A stretch of 10,218 bases of DNA from an uncultured bacterium (lineage in GTDB: Bacteria > Hydrogenedentota > Hydrogenedentia > Hydrogenedentales > JAEUWI01), in contig CAXBPH010000254.1 in NCBI GenBank assembly GCA_963977445.1, positions 1-10,218 on the forward strand, given 5' to 3'. The notes under the pieces were generated by a model that made no database searches, had not been told where the DNA came from, and worked only from the letters and a program-made list of their open reading frames with translations. Positions 1 to 7,265 of the stretch are shown piece by piece. Each line of letters opens with the position of its first letter. Within the stretch, counting starts at the first letter, position 1. The translations under genes were made by a program, and so were the position numbers.

Positions 1-1
1 C

Positions 2-220
2 TGGGAAAATCAGTGTTTTATCGCCTTTACCCACCCGGAACAGAGTCTGTTGCTCAACCCCGGCGGCGACGTGCTGCTGCGGGTCGACGACGGGAAGCCG
101 GGCTATTCCATCACCACCATCGACTTGCGGGAAGCGAAAGACGACAATCACATCCAGGATCGCCGTCCTGAGCTCTATGATGCGGTAAGCGCCGGGGTAT
201 ACACGGCGCCCGCAAAATGA
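2..220 (+). CDS. Carbon-nitrogen hydrolase (nitrilase superfamily), C-terminal fragment; 5' end lies outside the window
   Basis: Not in the ORF track; I translated frame +2 by hand: WENQCFIAFTHPEQSLLLNPGGDVLLRVDDGKPGYSITTIDLREAKDDNHIQDRRPELYDAVSAGVYTAPAK*. ENQ, SxxxxPxG and D-RRPELY match the typical CN-hydrolase C-terminus. Stop TGA at 218-220. Confidence 0.8.
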   Translation, partial: WENQCFIAFTHPEQSLLLNPGGDVLLRVDDGKPGYSITTIDLREAKDDNHIQDRRPELYDAVSAGVYTAPAK

Positions 221-390
221 GCCCTTTGACATGAATTATCACGTGTGGTGGATACAGATTTCGCGGGTGCGTTGCTGTCCCATTCCATAATGGCTCACGG
301 AACACCCCTTACCGTTGAAATGACGGTGTCGGGGTAGAAACCAATCGAATTTAAGCGCCCTGTAAAACCAACACGAAGGAGACCAAGTTT

Positions 391-1092
391 ATGAAGCAAA
401 CTACCCGTAGTCTGCTGATTATGACCGTAGTAACGACGCTGTTTCTCGCTGGATGTGCCGACCCGTCGGACAAAACACCCGACGCCGTGGTAAACGACGT
501 ACCAGCGACCGAAGCACCCGCGGTAGAGGCGCCGAAGGCCGAAATGGCTCCAGCCGAGACCCCCGCGCCCGAAGTGGCACCCGTGGAAGAAGCCCCGGCC
601 ATGGAAGCCAATACCTACACCATCGCCCCCGCTTCCACCGTTGGTTTCATCGGATCCAAGATATCGGGCTCCCACGAGGGTGGCTTCAAGACCTTCGCTG
701 GCACGGTTTCCCTCCCCGGTGAAGACGTAACCGAAGCGGTCATTGACGTCACCATCGAGGTTGCTTCCGCCTTTACCGACAACGAAAAACTCACGGCCCA
801 CCTGCTCAGCGCCGATTTCTTTGACGCCGAACAATTCCCCCAGTCCACCTTCGTGTCGACGGCCATCGCCAAAGAAGGCGACGCCTATTCCGTAACGGGT
901 AACTTCACGCTCCACGGCGTAACGAAGTCCATTACTTTCCCCGCCACGTTGAGCCTCGATGGCGATACGTTTACCGCGAGTGCGGAATTCGACATCAACC
1001 GTATGGATTTTGGTGTTAAGTATGCCGGTAAGACCGACGACCTGATTCGTGAGAATGTGGTCATCCAGCTGAACATCGAAGCGTCTGCATAA
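391..1092 (+). CDS. YceI-family (polyisoprenoid-binding, lipocalin-like) lipoprotein with a Pro/Ala/Glu-rich linker
   Basis: YceI motifs: YTIAPASTVGF, HEGGF, HLLSADFFDAEQFP, VTGNFTLHGVTKSITF, INRMDFGV. Signal peptide ends in lipobox FLAG-C22. SD AAGGAG lies just upstream of ATG 391. Confidence 0.92.
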   Translation: MKQTTRSLLIMTVVTTLFLAGCADPSDKTPDAVVNDVPATEAPAVEAPKAEMAPAETPAPEVAPVEEAPAMEANTYTIAPASTVGFIGSKISGSHEGGFKTFAGTVSLPGEDVTEAVIDVTIEVASAFTDNEKLTAHLLSADFFDAEQFPQSTFVSTAIAKEGDAYSVTGNFTLHGVTKSITFPATLSLDGDTFTASAEFDINRMDFGVKYAGKTDDLIRENVVIQLNIEASA

Positions 1093-1115
1093 GCCGACAA
1101 TTCACCTTTCAATAT

Positions 1116-1151
1116 AGAACGCCCGGATTTCTGATGAAATCCGGGCGTTCT
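1116..1151. terminator. Probable bidirectional intrinsic terminator between convergent yceI-like gene and flgL
   Basis: Perfect 16-bp inverted repeat AGAACGCCCGGATTTC-TGAT-GAAATCCGGGCGTTCT with T/A-rich flanks, in the 85-bp gap between two convergent stop codons. Confidence 0.85.
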
Positions 1152-1177
1152 CTTACTATTGACGCTGCCACAAATTC

Positions 1178-2101
1178 TTACTGAAGAAAGTTCAACAAAC
1201 TCGGCTGAATAACCCGCGCACTGGCATCCAGAGAGGCCTGGAGCGAATTGGTCTGGGCGTTCAGTTCGACAATGGTCTTTGCAAAATCGGCGTCGATGTT
1301 ATCTGCGATTACGCCCAACAGCTGCAGATTAATATCCTGCAGGTTGGAATCGACCCGCTCCAGCCGATTCTGGGTTGCGCCGATACGCGCCGTAGATACG
1401 AGAACCTGATCCTGCGCTGCGGACAGCTCGGTCAGGCGCGTTTCCAGCGCGGCCACGTCACCGGAGTTCAGATTTTCCCGGATATCGATGAGGGTCTGAA
1501 AAATATCCTGGCCACCGGTTCCGGCCGCTGCAAACACCTTGCTACCCGGCTCGTTGGCAGCAACCTGTATGCCGGCCTGGATCTCGATGGAAAAGGTCTG
1601 GTCATTGCCAAGATAGTTAACGCCCGTAATCTGGCCATCGACATCCCGGGTCGCCTCGAAGGGCGGTGACAGGGTGACGGTGCCGCCGAAGATAAAACGC
1701 TCATTGCTGATGCTGTTGGCCTGCACCAGAAGGCTTTCGATAAGCTGATCCACTTCGATGGCGATCTGGTCGCGCTGAAGTTGGGCGTTGGTACCGGAAG
1801 ACCCTTGAATGGTTAGTTCCCGGACCCGCTGTATGACGTCTATCGTGGTGGTCAGGGCGGAATCGGTTGCCACGAGGCCGGGACTGGTGGTGCTGATATT
1901 GGTAGCATACTGCTCATTACGGGAAATTTCGCCTTGTGCACTTATGGCACGCCGCGTGGCCAGCGAATCATCGCTCGGGCGGTTCACTTTCTGGCCGGTG
2001 GAAAGCTGCTCCTGCAGACGCAAGATCTCACGCTGCTGAATGCTTAAATCACTCAGTACGCGATCTATCAGGAGACGCTGTGTTGTTCGGACTGCACCCA
2101 T
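1178..2101 (-). CDS. flgL: Flagellar hook-associated protein 3 (hook-filament junction) FlgL
   Basis: Flagellin-like N-terminus (LQEQLSTGQKVNRPSDD, NERFIFGG) and FlgL-type C-terminus (RIGATQNRLE...DADFAKTIVEL...SARVIQPSLLNFL). SD GGAG upstream; follows flgN. Confidence 0.95.
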   Translation of the reverse strand: MGAVRTTQRLLIDRVLSDLSIQQREILRLQEQLSTGQKVNRPSDDSLATRRAISAQGEISRNEQYATNISTTSPGLVATDSALTTTIDVIQRVRELTIQGSSGTNAQLQRDQIAIEVDQLIESLLVQANSISNERFIFGGTVTLSPPFEATRDVDGQITGVNYLGNDQTFSIEIQAGIQVAANEPGSKVFAAAGTGGQDIFQTLIDIRENLNSGDVAALETRLTELSAAQDQVLVSTARIGATQNRLERVDSNLQDINLQLLGVIADNIDADFAKTIVELNAQTNSLQASLDASARVIQPSLLNFLQ

Positions 2102-2113
2102 ACGCTACTCCAA

Positions 2114-2641
2114 TCAACCCCGCTGATCAATCAGCGTGGGCGTACTACGCAAACGAGTTGTATCGCTCCCCTGGTCGTTGTATTGACCGTGGGAATCGGG
2201 TTGGCACAATGCCATCGCAGTGAGGGTCTTATTTGCGATGCCCATCGAGCGTCGCAACACCATATTGTTTTCGCGGACAAGACGACGGGTCGATTCCAGC
2301 GTCGCCCGCATGAGCACCTGGAACTCGCGCATCCGTTGTTCCCAGGGCATGGGAACCCGCGCTATCAAGCCGGTCAGGGTTTGCTCCGCCTCCGGAAGCT
2401 GATACCAGGCCACCACGTCGGCCACGAGGACCAGTCGGGTTGCTTCGGCTGCCACAGCCTGTTGCACGAGGAGCTGAAGGGCTTCGGTCTTTGCTTCGAG
2501 GTATTCCAAATCCTGGGAACGGGCCGCCTGGCCGATGGCACGGCAAACAATGAGCACATTTTGCTGGCGTTCCAGCTCATCGTCAAAATACTCGCACAAA
2601 TTGTCGAGTAGGGTGCCAATGGTCGTTCCAGGATCACTCAC
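2114..2641 (-). CDS. flgN: Flagellar export chaperone FlgN
   Basis: All-helical 175-aa protein with FlgN-like pattern (EAKTEAL...EATRL...TLTGLI...LVRENNMVL) and a C-terminal Y-x-x-x-G...LIDQRG tail. Sits directly upstream of its known client flgL. GTG start overlaps the upstream stop (GTGA). Confidence 0.8.
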   Translation of the reverse strand: MSDPGTTIGTLLDNLCEYFDDELERQQNVLIVCRAIGQAARSQDLEYLEAKTEALQLLVQQAVAAEATRLVLVADVVAWYQLPEAEQTLTGLIARVPMPWEQRMREFQVLMRATLESTRRLVRENNMVLRRSMGIANKTLTAMALCQPDSHGQYNDQGSDTTRLRSTPTLIDQRG

Positions 2642-2979
2642 GATATAGTGGCTCCACCCTGGAATTCAGCCTGCACTTCGGCCACCGAAAGCTGGCCATC
2701 TTTATCCCGATCGAGGGAGGCAAACTGTTTGGCAGAAAGGCCACTTTCGTCGATACGCAGCATTTTGTCACCATCGACATCCCGCAACCCGACGAAACGC
2801 TGGCTCATCTCCAAGGCCTTTGAGGCCTGGGCCTCGGGACTGGCCTTTGCGGCCAGCTGGGCCTTGAAGAGGTCGGAAAAGGTCTCATCGGTGAGGCGTG
2901 GTTGCTTAAGGGACTGTACAATCGACGCAGCGCCTTGCATCAGCCCGTTGGCCGCACCTAATCCAGATAAGATATTCAT
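2638..2979 (-). CDS. Small EF-hand (Ca2+-binding motif) protein within the flagellar operon
   Basis: 113 aa with two 12-residue EF-hand loops, DVDGDKMLRIDE and DRDKDGQLSVAE (D1, D3, D5, L8, E12). Strong SD AGGAG; stop overlaps the flgN start. Confidence 0.8.
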   Translation of the reverse strand: MNILSGLGAANGLMQGAASIVQSLKQPRLTDETFSDLFKAQLAAKASPEAQASKALEMSQRFVGLRDVDGDKMLRIDESGLSAKQFASLDRDKDGQLSVAEVQAEFQGGATIS

Positions 2980-3024
2980 GGCAGACTCCTGTCTTCTTCG
3001 CCCAACGGGCGAGGCCTGTTGTTT

Positions 3025-3051
3025 ATATCGGCATTTCCGCCGATTTCTTCA
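3025..3051 (-). promoter_or_regulatory. Putative sigma-28 (FliA) promoter for EF-hand gene-flgN-flgL
   Basis: Minus strand reads TGAA-GAAATCGGCGGAAAT(15 nt)-GCCGATAT, versus the sigma-28 consensus TAAA-N15-GCCGATAA. Lies in the gap between flgJ and the EF-hand gene. Confidence 0.7.
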
Positions 3052-3597
3052 CGGTTCCGTATTTTCATTTTCGGCATTGGGGGCCAGGGCCACCTCACCG
3101 TAACGGGCCAGCGCTCGGGATTGATTCGATACCGAGGTGTAGGTATTGGTGTTCCCGGCCAGCGGAATCCCCGCCTTGGGGTCGGGAATGGGCAATCCAA
3201 GATCAGGACGGACCACGGGCAGGCCTTCCGGGGCCGATTTTTGAATGGCAAGGCCGGGCCGCGTCGGATTCAGCGATATCCCCTTGGGAAAAAGAACTTC
3301 TCCCTGGGGATTTCCTTTTTGGAGCGCAATTTGCTCGGCGAGTTGCTTCGCAATGCCAAATTGTCCCGATTTCGCCATCTCCCCCGCCAGAAAGTCATCG
3401 AGCATTTCGTCAAAATGCTTTTGCTGGGAAGAATTGGTCACCCCGTAATCGGGAACGGTCTTCCGCATCTCCTTCACCATCTGATAGATAAATAATTGCT
3501 CATATTCCCGCAGCACATCGGCCTCTTTGCGGGCTTTTCCAGACGTGGTCGTGTTCCCTTGAAAAGGTGACTCGACCTGTGGGTTTACGTAGAGCAT
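3049..3597 (-). CDS. flgJ: FlgJ-like rod-binding/rod-capping protein, short form without peptidoglycan hydrolase domain
   Basis: Rod-binding motif REYEQLFIYQMVKEMRKTV...FDEMLDDFLAGEMAKSGQFGIAKQLAEQI. ATG directly abuts the flgI stop. C-terminal half is Pro-rich with no muramidase motifs. Confidence 0.88.
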   Translation of the reverse strand: MLYVNPQVESPFQGNTTTSGKARKEADVLREYEQLFIYQMVKEMRKTVPDYGVTNSSQQKHFDEMLDDFLAGEMAKSGQFGIAKQLAEQIALQKGNPQGEVLFPKGISLNPTRPGLAIQKSAPEGLPVVRPDLGLPIPDPKAGIPLAGNTNTYTSVSNQSRALARYGEVALAPNAENENTEP

Positions 3598-4716
3598 TTA
3601 GATCTTCTTTATCTCGGCGTCAAGCGCGCCGGCGGCGTGGAGTGCCTGAAAAATGGATATCATATCCCGGGGTGTCAGGCGCAGCATGTTCAGGGAACGG
3701 GCTACTTCGGCGGCGGAAGTCCCTTCGACAGGCATAAGGGACACTTCCGGCTCGGTAACTTCAATGTCATCATTCTGCACCACAATGGGATCGGCATCGG
3801 TGAAGGGTAAGGCAGGCACCACGGTTTCGGTGCTCGCGATTTCCACGGTCAGGCTACCATGGGCCACCTGGCAGGGCTTAATCATCACGCCCCCACCAAC
3901 CACGATGGTTCCCGTCCGCTCATTGATTACCACAATGGCCGGTGGTTCCACATCGACCCGAACCTTATTCAACTCGGCAATGAAGGCAATCAGGTCCTGT
4001 TGCTTGTCACGGGGAATACGCACCTGGACGGCACCGCCGGAAAGGGCCGTGGCGGCACCGTCTCCATAGAGGTCATTAATACCTTTGGAAATTTGATTCG
4101 CCGCTTCGAATCCGGGGCGGCGTACAAGCAACGTAAGTCGCTCGCCATCGGTGATGGAAGCGGGGACTTCCTGCTCGACCGTGGCCCCGCCAGCGATACG
4201 CCCCGCCGTGCCATGGTTGCTTCGGACGGAGGAGCCGCCAGACGTGTCTGCGTTGAAGCCACCGAGCGATACGGGACCACTCGCAACCGCATACACGGTT
4301 TCTCCTCCACCAGGCCCACGGAGATAGGTCTCCAGCAACTGACCACCTTCCAGGGACTTTGCATCCAGAATAGACTCCACGTTCACATCGATGGTTGTTC
4401 CTTCTTTAGAGAAGGGCGGCAACACCGCGTCTACCATACAAATCGCGATGTTCTTTGAGCTCAAGGAGCCCAGATCCTGAATATTGATGCCATAGCGTTC
4501 CAGGACATTTTTCTGTGCGTTAATCGAGGCTGCGGCACCGTCGCCCGTACCCATAAGACCAACGACGATACCCACGCCGGTGATTCTGTTCTCCCGGGCT
4601 CCCTGGACGTCGCAGAGATCGCGAATGGCCGTTTCAGACCAGGCCGATTCCGTTGCCACAAGGGTCATCAGCAAGAGCGCCGCCGTGGGCATCCAGCATT
4701 TGAGTGTGCGTAGCAT
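3598..4716 (-). CDS. flgI: Flagellar P-ring protein FlgI
   Basis: Signal peptide, then IRDLCDVQGARENRITGVGIVVGLMGTGD, DAKSLEGGQLL, VVINERTGTIVVG and C-terminal TPRDMISIFQALHAAGALDAEI. ATG 4716 is preferred (AGGGG 8 nt upstream); GTG 4722 is the alternative start. Confidence 0.97.
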   Translation of the reverse strand: MLRTLKCWMPTAALLLMTLVATESAWSETAIRDLCDVQGARENRITGVGIVVGLMGTGDGAAASINAQKNVLERYGINIQDLGSLSSKNIAICMVDAVLPPFSKEGTTIDVNVESILDAKSLEGGQLLETYLRGPGGGETVYAVASGPVSLGGFNADTSGGSSVRSNHGTAGRIAGGATVEQEVPASITDGERLTLLVRRPGFEAANQISKGINDLYGDGAATALSGGAVQVRIPRDKQQDLIAFIAELNKVRVDVEPPAIVVINERTGTIVVGGGVMIKPCQVAHGSLTVEIASTETVVPALPFTDADPIVVQNDDIEVTEPEVSLMPVEGTSAAEVARSLNMLRLTPRDMISIFQALHAAGALDAEIKKI

Positions 4717-4727
4717 CTTCACATCCC

Positions 4728-5372
4728 CTAAAATGGTGAAAACCAGTCAAGAAATCGGGTTACGAGGCCACGTCGCTGGTTGTTCCACAGGGGGCCTTTG
4801 CCCTTGACGAAAACATTGACGTCGGCAACCTGGGTGGACTGAATCGTGTTCTCGGGGGTAATGTCCTTGGCGCGAATAATGCCGGAGAGCTGGATCGTCG
4901 AGTCTTCCCGATTTACCGTTACCTGCTTTTCGCCTTTGATCTTAAGATTGCCGTTGGACATGGACTCCACCACGGTACAGGTAATCGAAGTGGTCAACGT
5001 ATTGCTGCGGATCGTGTCGCCGTCATTCCGGGCTTTGTTCTCGGCCTGGATATCCCAATTGGGCAATTCGCCGGGAATGAGAATGTTATTCCCGTTGGGT
5101 TTGGCCCCTACGAGAAATGGATTCGCCGCCGCCGCTGCCACCGAAGAAACGTCGGTCTTTTTCTTTGTATTCGTTTCCGCATTGGTGCGCGCATCAAGCT
5201 TTTCACGTACCAGGACCGTAATGATGTCGCCGGGCTGATAACGGTTTAATTTTTCCGTCACTAGCGTTCCCGTTTTGGCAACACGTTGGGAAAAGAGGGA
5301 ATCTGCCGCAAGAGGCGTTTGCAACAGTCCGACGACTATCACTACGATCACTGAGGGTATAGAACACTTCAT
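4728..5372 (-). CDS. flgH: Flagellar L-ring protein FlgH
   Basis: GDIITVLV, ITCTVVESMSNGNLKIKGEKQVTVNRE, LSGIIRAKDITPENTIQSTQVAD and C-terminal RFLDWFSPF. Start reassigned from 5444 to ATG 5372 (ATGA overlap with the flgA stop, GGAGG SD), which gives a clean signal peptide. Confidence 0.96.
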   Translation of the reverse strand: MKCSIPSVIVVIVVGLLQTPLAADSLFSQRVAKTGTLVTEKLNRYQPGDIITVLVREKLDARTNAETNTKKKTDVSSVAAAAANPFLVGAKPNGNNILIPGELPNWDIQAENKARNDGDTIRSNTLTTSITCTVVESMSNGNLKIKGEKQVTVNREDSTIQLSGIIRAKDITPENTIQSTQVADVNVFVKGKGPLWNNQRRGLVTRFLDWFSPF

Positions 5373-6325
5373 GGCCGAACCTCCACGACGCCATCGGCGC
5401 GAACAATTCCTTGAAACTCTTCTTTGGTCGCCGGGTTGGAACAAATGATGATATCGCCCGCACGGCCATCCATCATGGCCTTGGCCCGATGCTGAATATG
5501 AATGGTGCCACTCCGCACTTCGACAGGTACCATCTGATTGCGCTGTATGAGGCGCTTTGCCTCCACACTCCGTGATGTCACGGGCTGGCCCGGAAATATC
5601 GTCTTTTTCGCGATCTGTCCGACCACATCTTCTATACGGGTAAAGGAGCCGGTCGGTGCCCGTGAAACGGCGGTCATTTGCATTTCCAGGTGGGCGGGCA
5701 TGACGGGCCTTCCCCGGGGAATATCTGTTGCAGCCACCACGATTTCAGAATAGGACTCCACGTTGGCGCGCATTGTCACGGTGCGAAACAACTTTCCGTC
5801 AATGATGACTTCGCCACGAAAGGCACCTGAACCGGCGTATCGGTATTGGGGATTGGAACGCCAGCGGATTTCCATATCGCCCTCGGGGGCCACGAGGTCC
5901 GAGACGGGCAATGGGATATCCACTTCCGTATTTTCGGGGTCCCAGGGCATTTCCATTTCGATATGATCGTGGAGGGATGCCGCCATCATCTCTTTCGAGA
6001 TATCGATATGCATCGTCGTCGCACGGACTTTTCCGGAACCTTCTACGGAAACACCTTCCAGGCCGGCCGTTTTGATTCGGGCTTCCACGAGACTGGCGTT
6101 GAAATTCTTTGAGTCACCGGGTCGGGCCGCTGGAGATATCTCCAGGGTTGCGAGGCGATCGGCAAGCTCGCCCTCGTCCACTTCCACCAGGTCACCGAGG
6201 TAGACATTGGGGCCTTTAATATAGGCTTCTTCCTTCAACTGCAACACCTCGGCACTCCACGCGGGCAGTGCCATGAGCAGTGTCAGGGCCAATGGGACAC
6301 AGGCTATTCGAATGAGACGAAACAT
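5369..6325 (-). CDS. flgA: Flagellar P-ring formation chaperone FlgA
   Basis: Signal peptide (AWSA), long N-terminal region (VYLGDLVEV, PAARPG), SAF-like domain (VVAATDIPRG...GQIAKKTIFPGQPV) and C-terminal AKAMMDGRAGDIIICSNPATKEEFQGIV. Located between flgG and flgH. Confidence 0.93.
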   Translation of the reverse strand: MFRLIRIACVPLALTLLMALPAWSAEVLQLKEEAYIKGPNVYLGDLVEVDEGELADRLATLEISPAARPGDSKNFNASLVEARIKTAGLEGVSVEGSGKVRATTMHIDISKEMMAASLHDHIEMEMPWDPENTEVDIPLPVSDLVAPEGDMEIRWRSNPQYRYAGSGAFRGEVIIDGKLFRTVTMRANVESYSEIVVAATDIPRGRPVMPAHLEMQMTAVSRAPTGSFTRIEDVVGQIAKKTIFPGQPVTSRSVEAKRLIQRNQMVPVEVRSGTIHIQHRAKAMMDGRAGDIIICSNPATKEEFQGIVRADGVVEVRP

Positions 6326-6352
6326 GAGGTTTCCTTTAGTCTATTCGGTTAC

Positions 6353-7144
6353 TTAACGTCGTACGTTGTTGGCGGTCTGCAACATTTCGTCGGCCGTCTG
6401 AATTACTTTGGAATTGGCTTCATAGGCCCGCTGGGCGATAATCATTTGGAGAATCTCTTCCACCACCTGCACGTTGGAGTTTTCCAGGAAGCCCTGAGAA
6501 ATAGTGCCCAGCCCATCGAGGCCAGGCTGACCAACCGTGGGTGCACCAGATGCGGCATTCTCCAGCAGGAGGTTACGTCCAATGCGGGCGTCGAGGCCTG
6601 CGGGATTGGCAAAGCGAACGATCTGAATATTTCCTACGGTAACAGCGGTGTCGTTCCCCGCCTGAATTACCGATACCGTACCGTCTGGCCCGACGGATAC
6701 GACTTCGGAATCGTTGGGAATATTAATAGCGGGTTCCATGGGGTACCCATCGGCGGTAAGCACTTCACCAGCGGCGTTGATCTTAAAGGCACCATCACGG
6801 GTATAGGCCGTGCGGCCGTCGGGCAGGGTCACCTGAAAAAATCCATCGCCCTCAACACGGAGATCAAAGGGGTTGCCCGTCTGGATGGCCGCGCCCTGGG
6901 AGAATAGCTTGGCGATAGACGAAGGGCGCACGCCGTGACCAACCTGAATACCCTCGGGAATGGTCGTGCCGGCGGCCGTTTCGGAACCGGCAGGTTTGAT
7001 TGTTTCGTAAATCAGATCCTGAAAATTGACCCGGCTCTTCTTGAAGCCCGTCGTGTTCACGTTGGCCAGGTTATTGGCAATGGTGTCGATGTTCAATTGC
7101 TGGGCTATCATCCCGGTGGATGCGGTGAACAGCGAACGAATCAT
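6353..7144 (-). CDS. flgG: Flagellar distal basal-body rod protein FlgG
   Basis: [76 protein letters not shown]...[10 protein letters not shown]. Start reassigned from 7228 to ATG 7144 (GGAGG SD). Confidence 0.97.
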   Translation of the reverse strand: MIRSLFTASTGMIAQQLNIDTIANNLANVNTTGFKKSRVNFQDLIYETIKPAGSETAAGTTIPEGIQVGHGVRPSSIAKLFSQGAAIQTGNPFDLRVEGDGFFQVTLPDGRTAYTRDGAFKINAAGEVLTADGYPMEPAINIPNDSEVVSVGPDGTVSVIQAGNDTAVTVGNIQIVRFANPAGLDARIGRNLLLENAASGAPTVGQPGLDGLGTISQGFLENSNVQVVEEILQMIIAQRAYEANSKVIQTADEMLQTANNVRR

Positions 7145-7230
7145 GGCGTCAATCCTCCAGTCTCTACTTCGAGACCGCCCGTGGTTGCGGCGCGTGCCGC
7201 ATGTCGTAAGGCAATTTTCAGTTTTCAATA

Positions 7231-7255
7231 CCCGACGATGAAACTGGTCGTCGGG
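7231..7255. other. Intercistronic stem-loop between flgF and flgG
   Basis: CCCGACGA-N9-TCGTCGGG (8-bp stem) 10 nt after the flgF stop. No clean U-tract, so it could be an mRNA-stabilising hairpin or a weak terminator. Confidence 0.45.
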
Positions 7256-7265
7256 CCACAGTTAA

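Noticed and set aside
226..260. TTGACA upstream of the yceI-like gene (also TTGACA at 10020-10025) as a sigma-70 -35 element
   Set aside because: No convincing -10 hexamer at 16-18 bp spacing.
295..915. 206-aa minus-strand ORF (also 111..305, 351..611, 615..872, 885..1112)
   Set aside because: Antisense shadows of the well-supported yceI-like and hydrolase genes; no recognisable motifs.
2638..2979. Calling the small ORF flgM from position and size
   Set aside because: It lacks the FlgM C-terminal sigma-28-binding pattern and has clear EF-hand loops instead.
5373..5444. N-terminal extension of FlgH in the ORF track (likewise FlgG 7145-7228, SuhB-like 9792-9806, YgfA 8378-8413)
   Set aside because: Downstream ATGs give family-typical N-termini and, except for ygfA, good SD sites; the FlgH extension would also overlap flgA.
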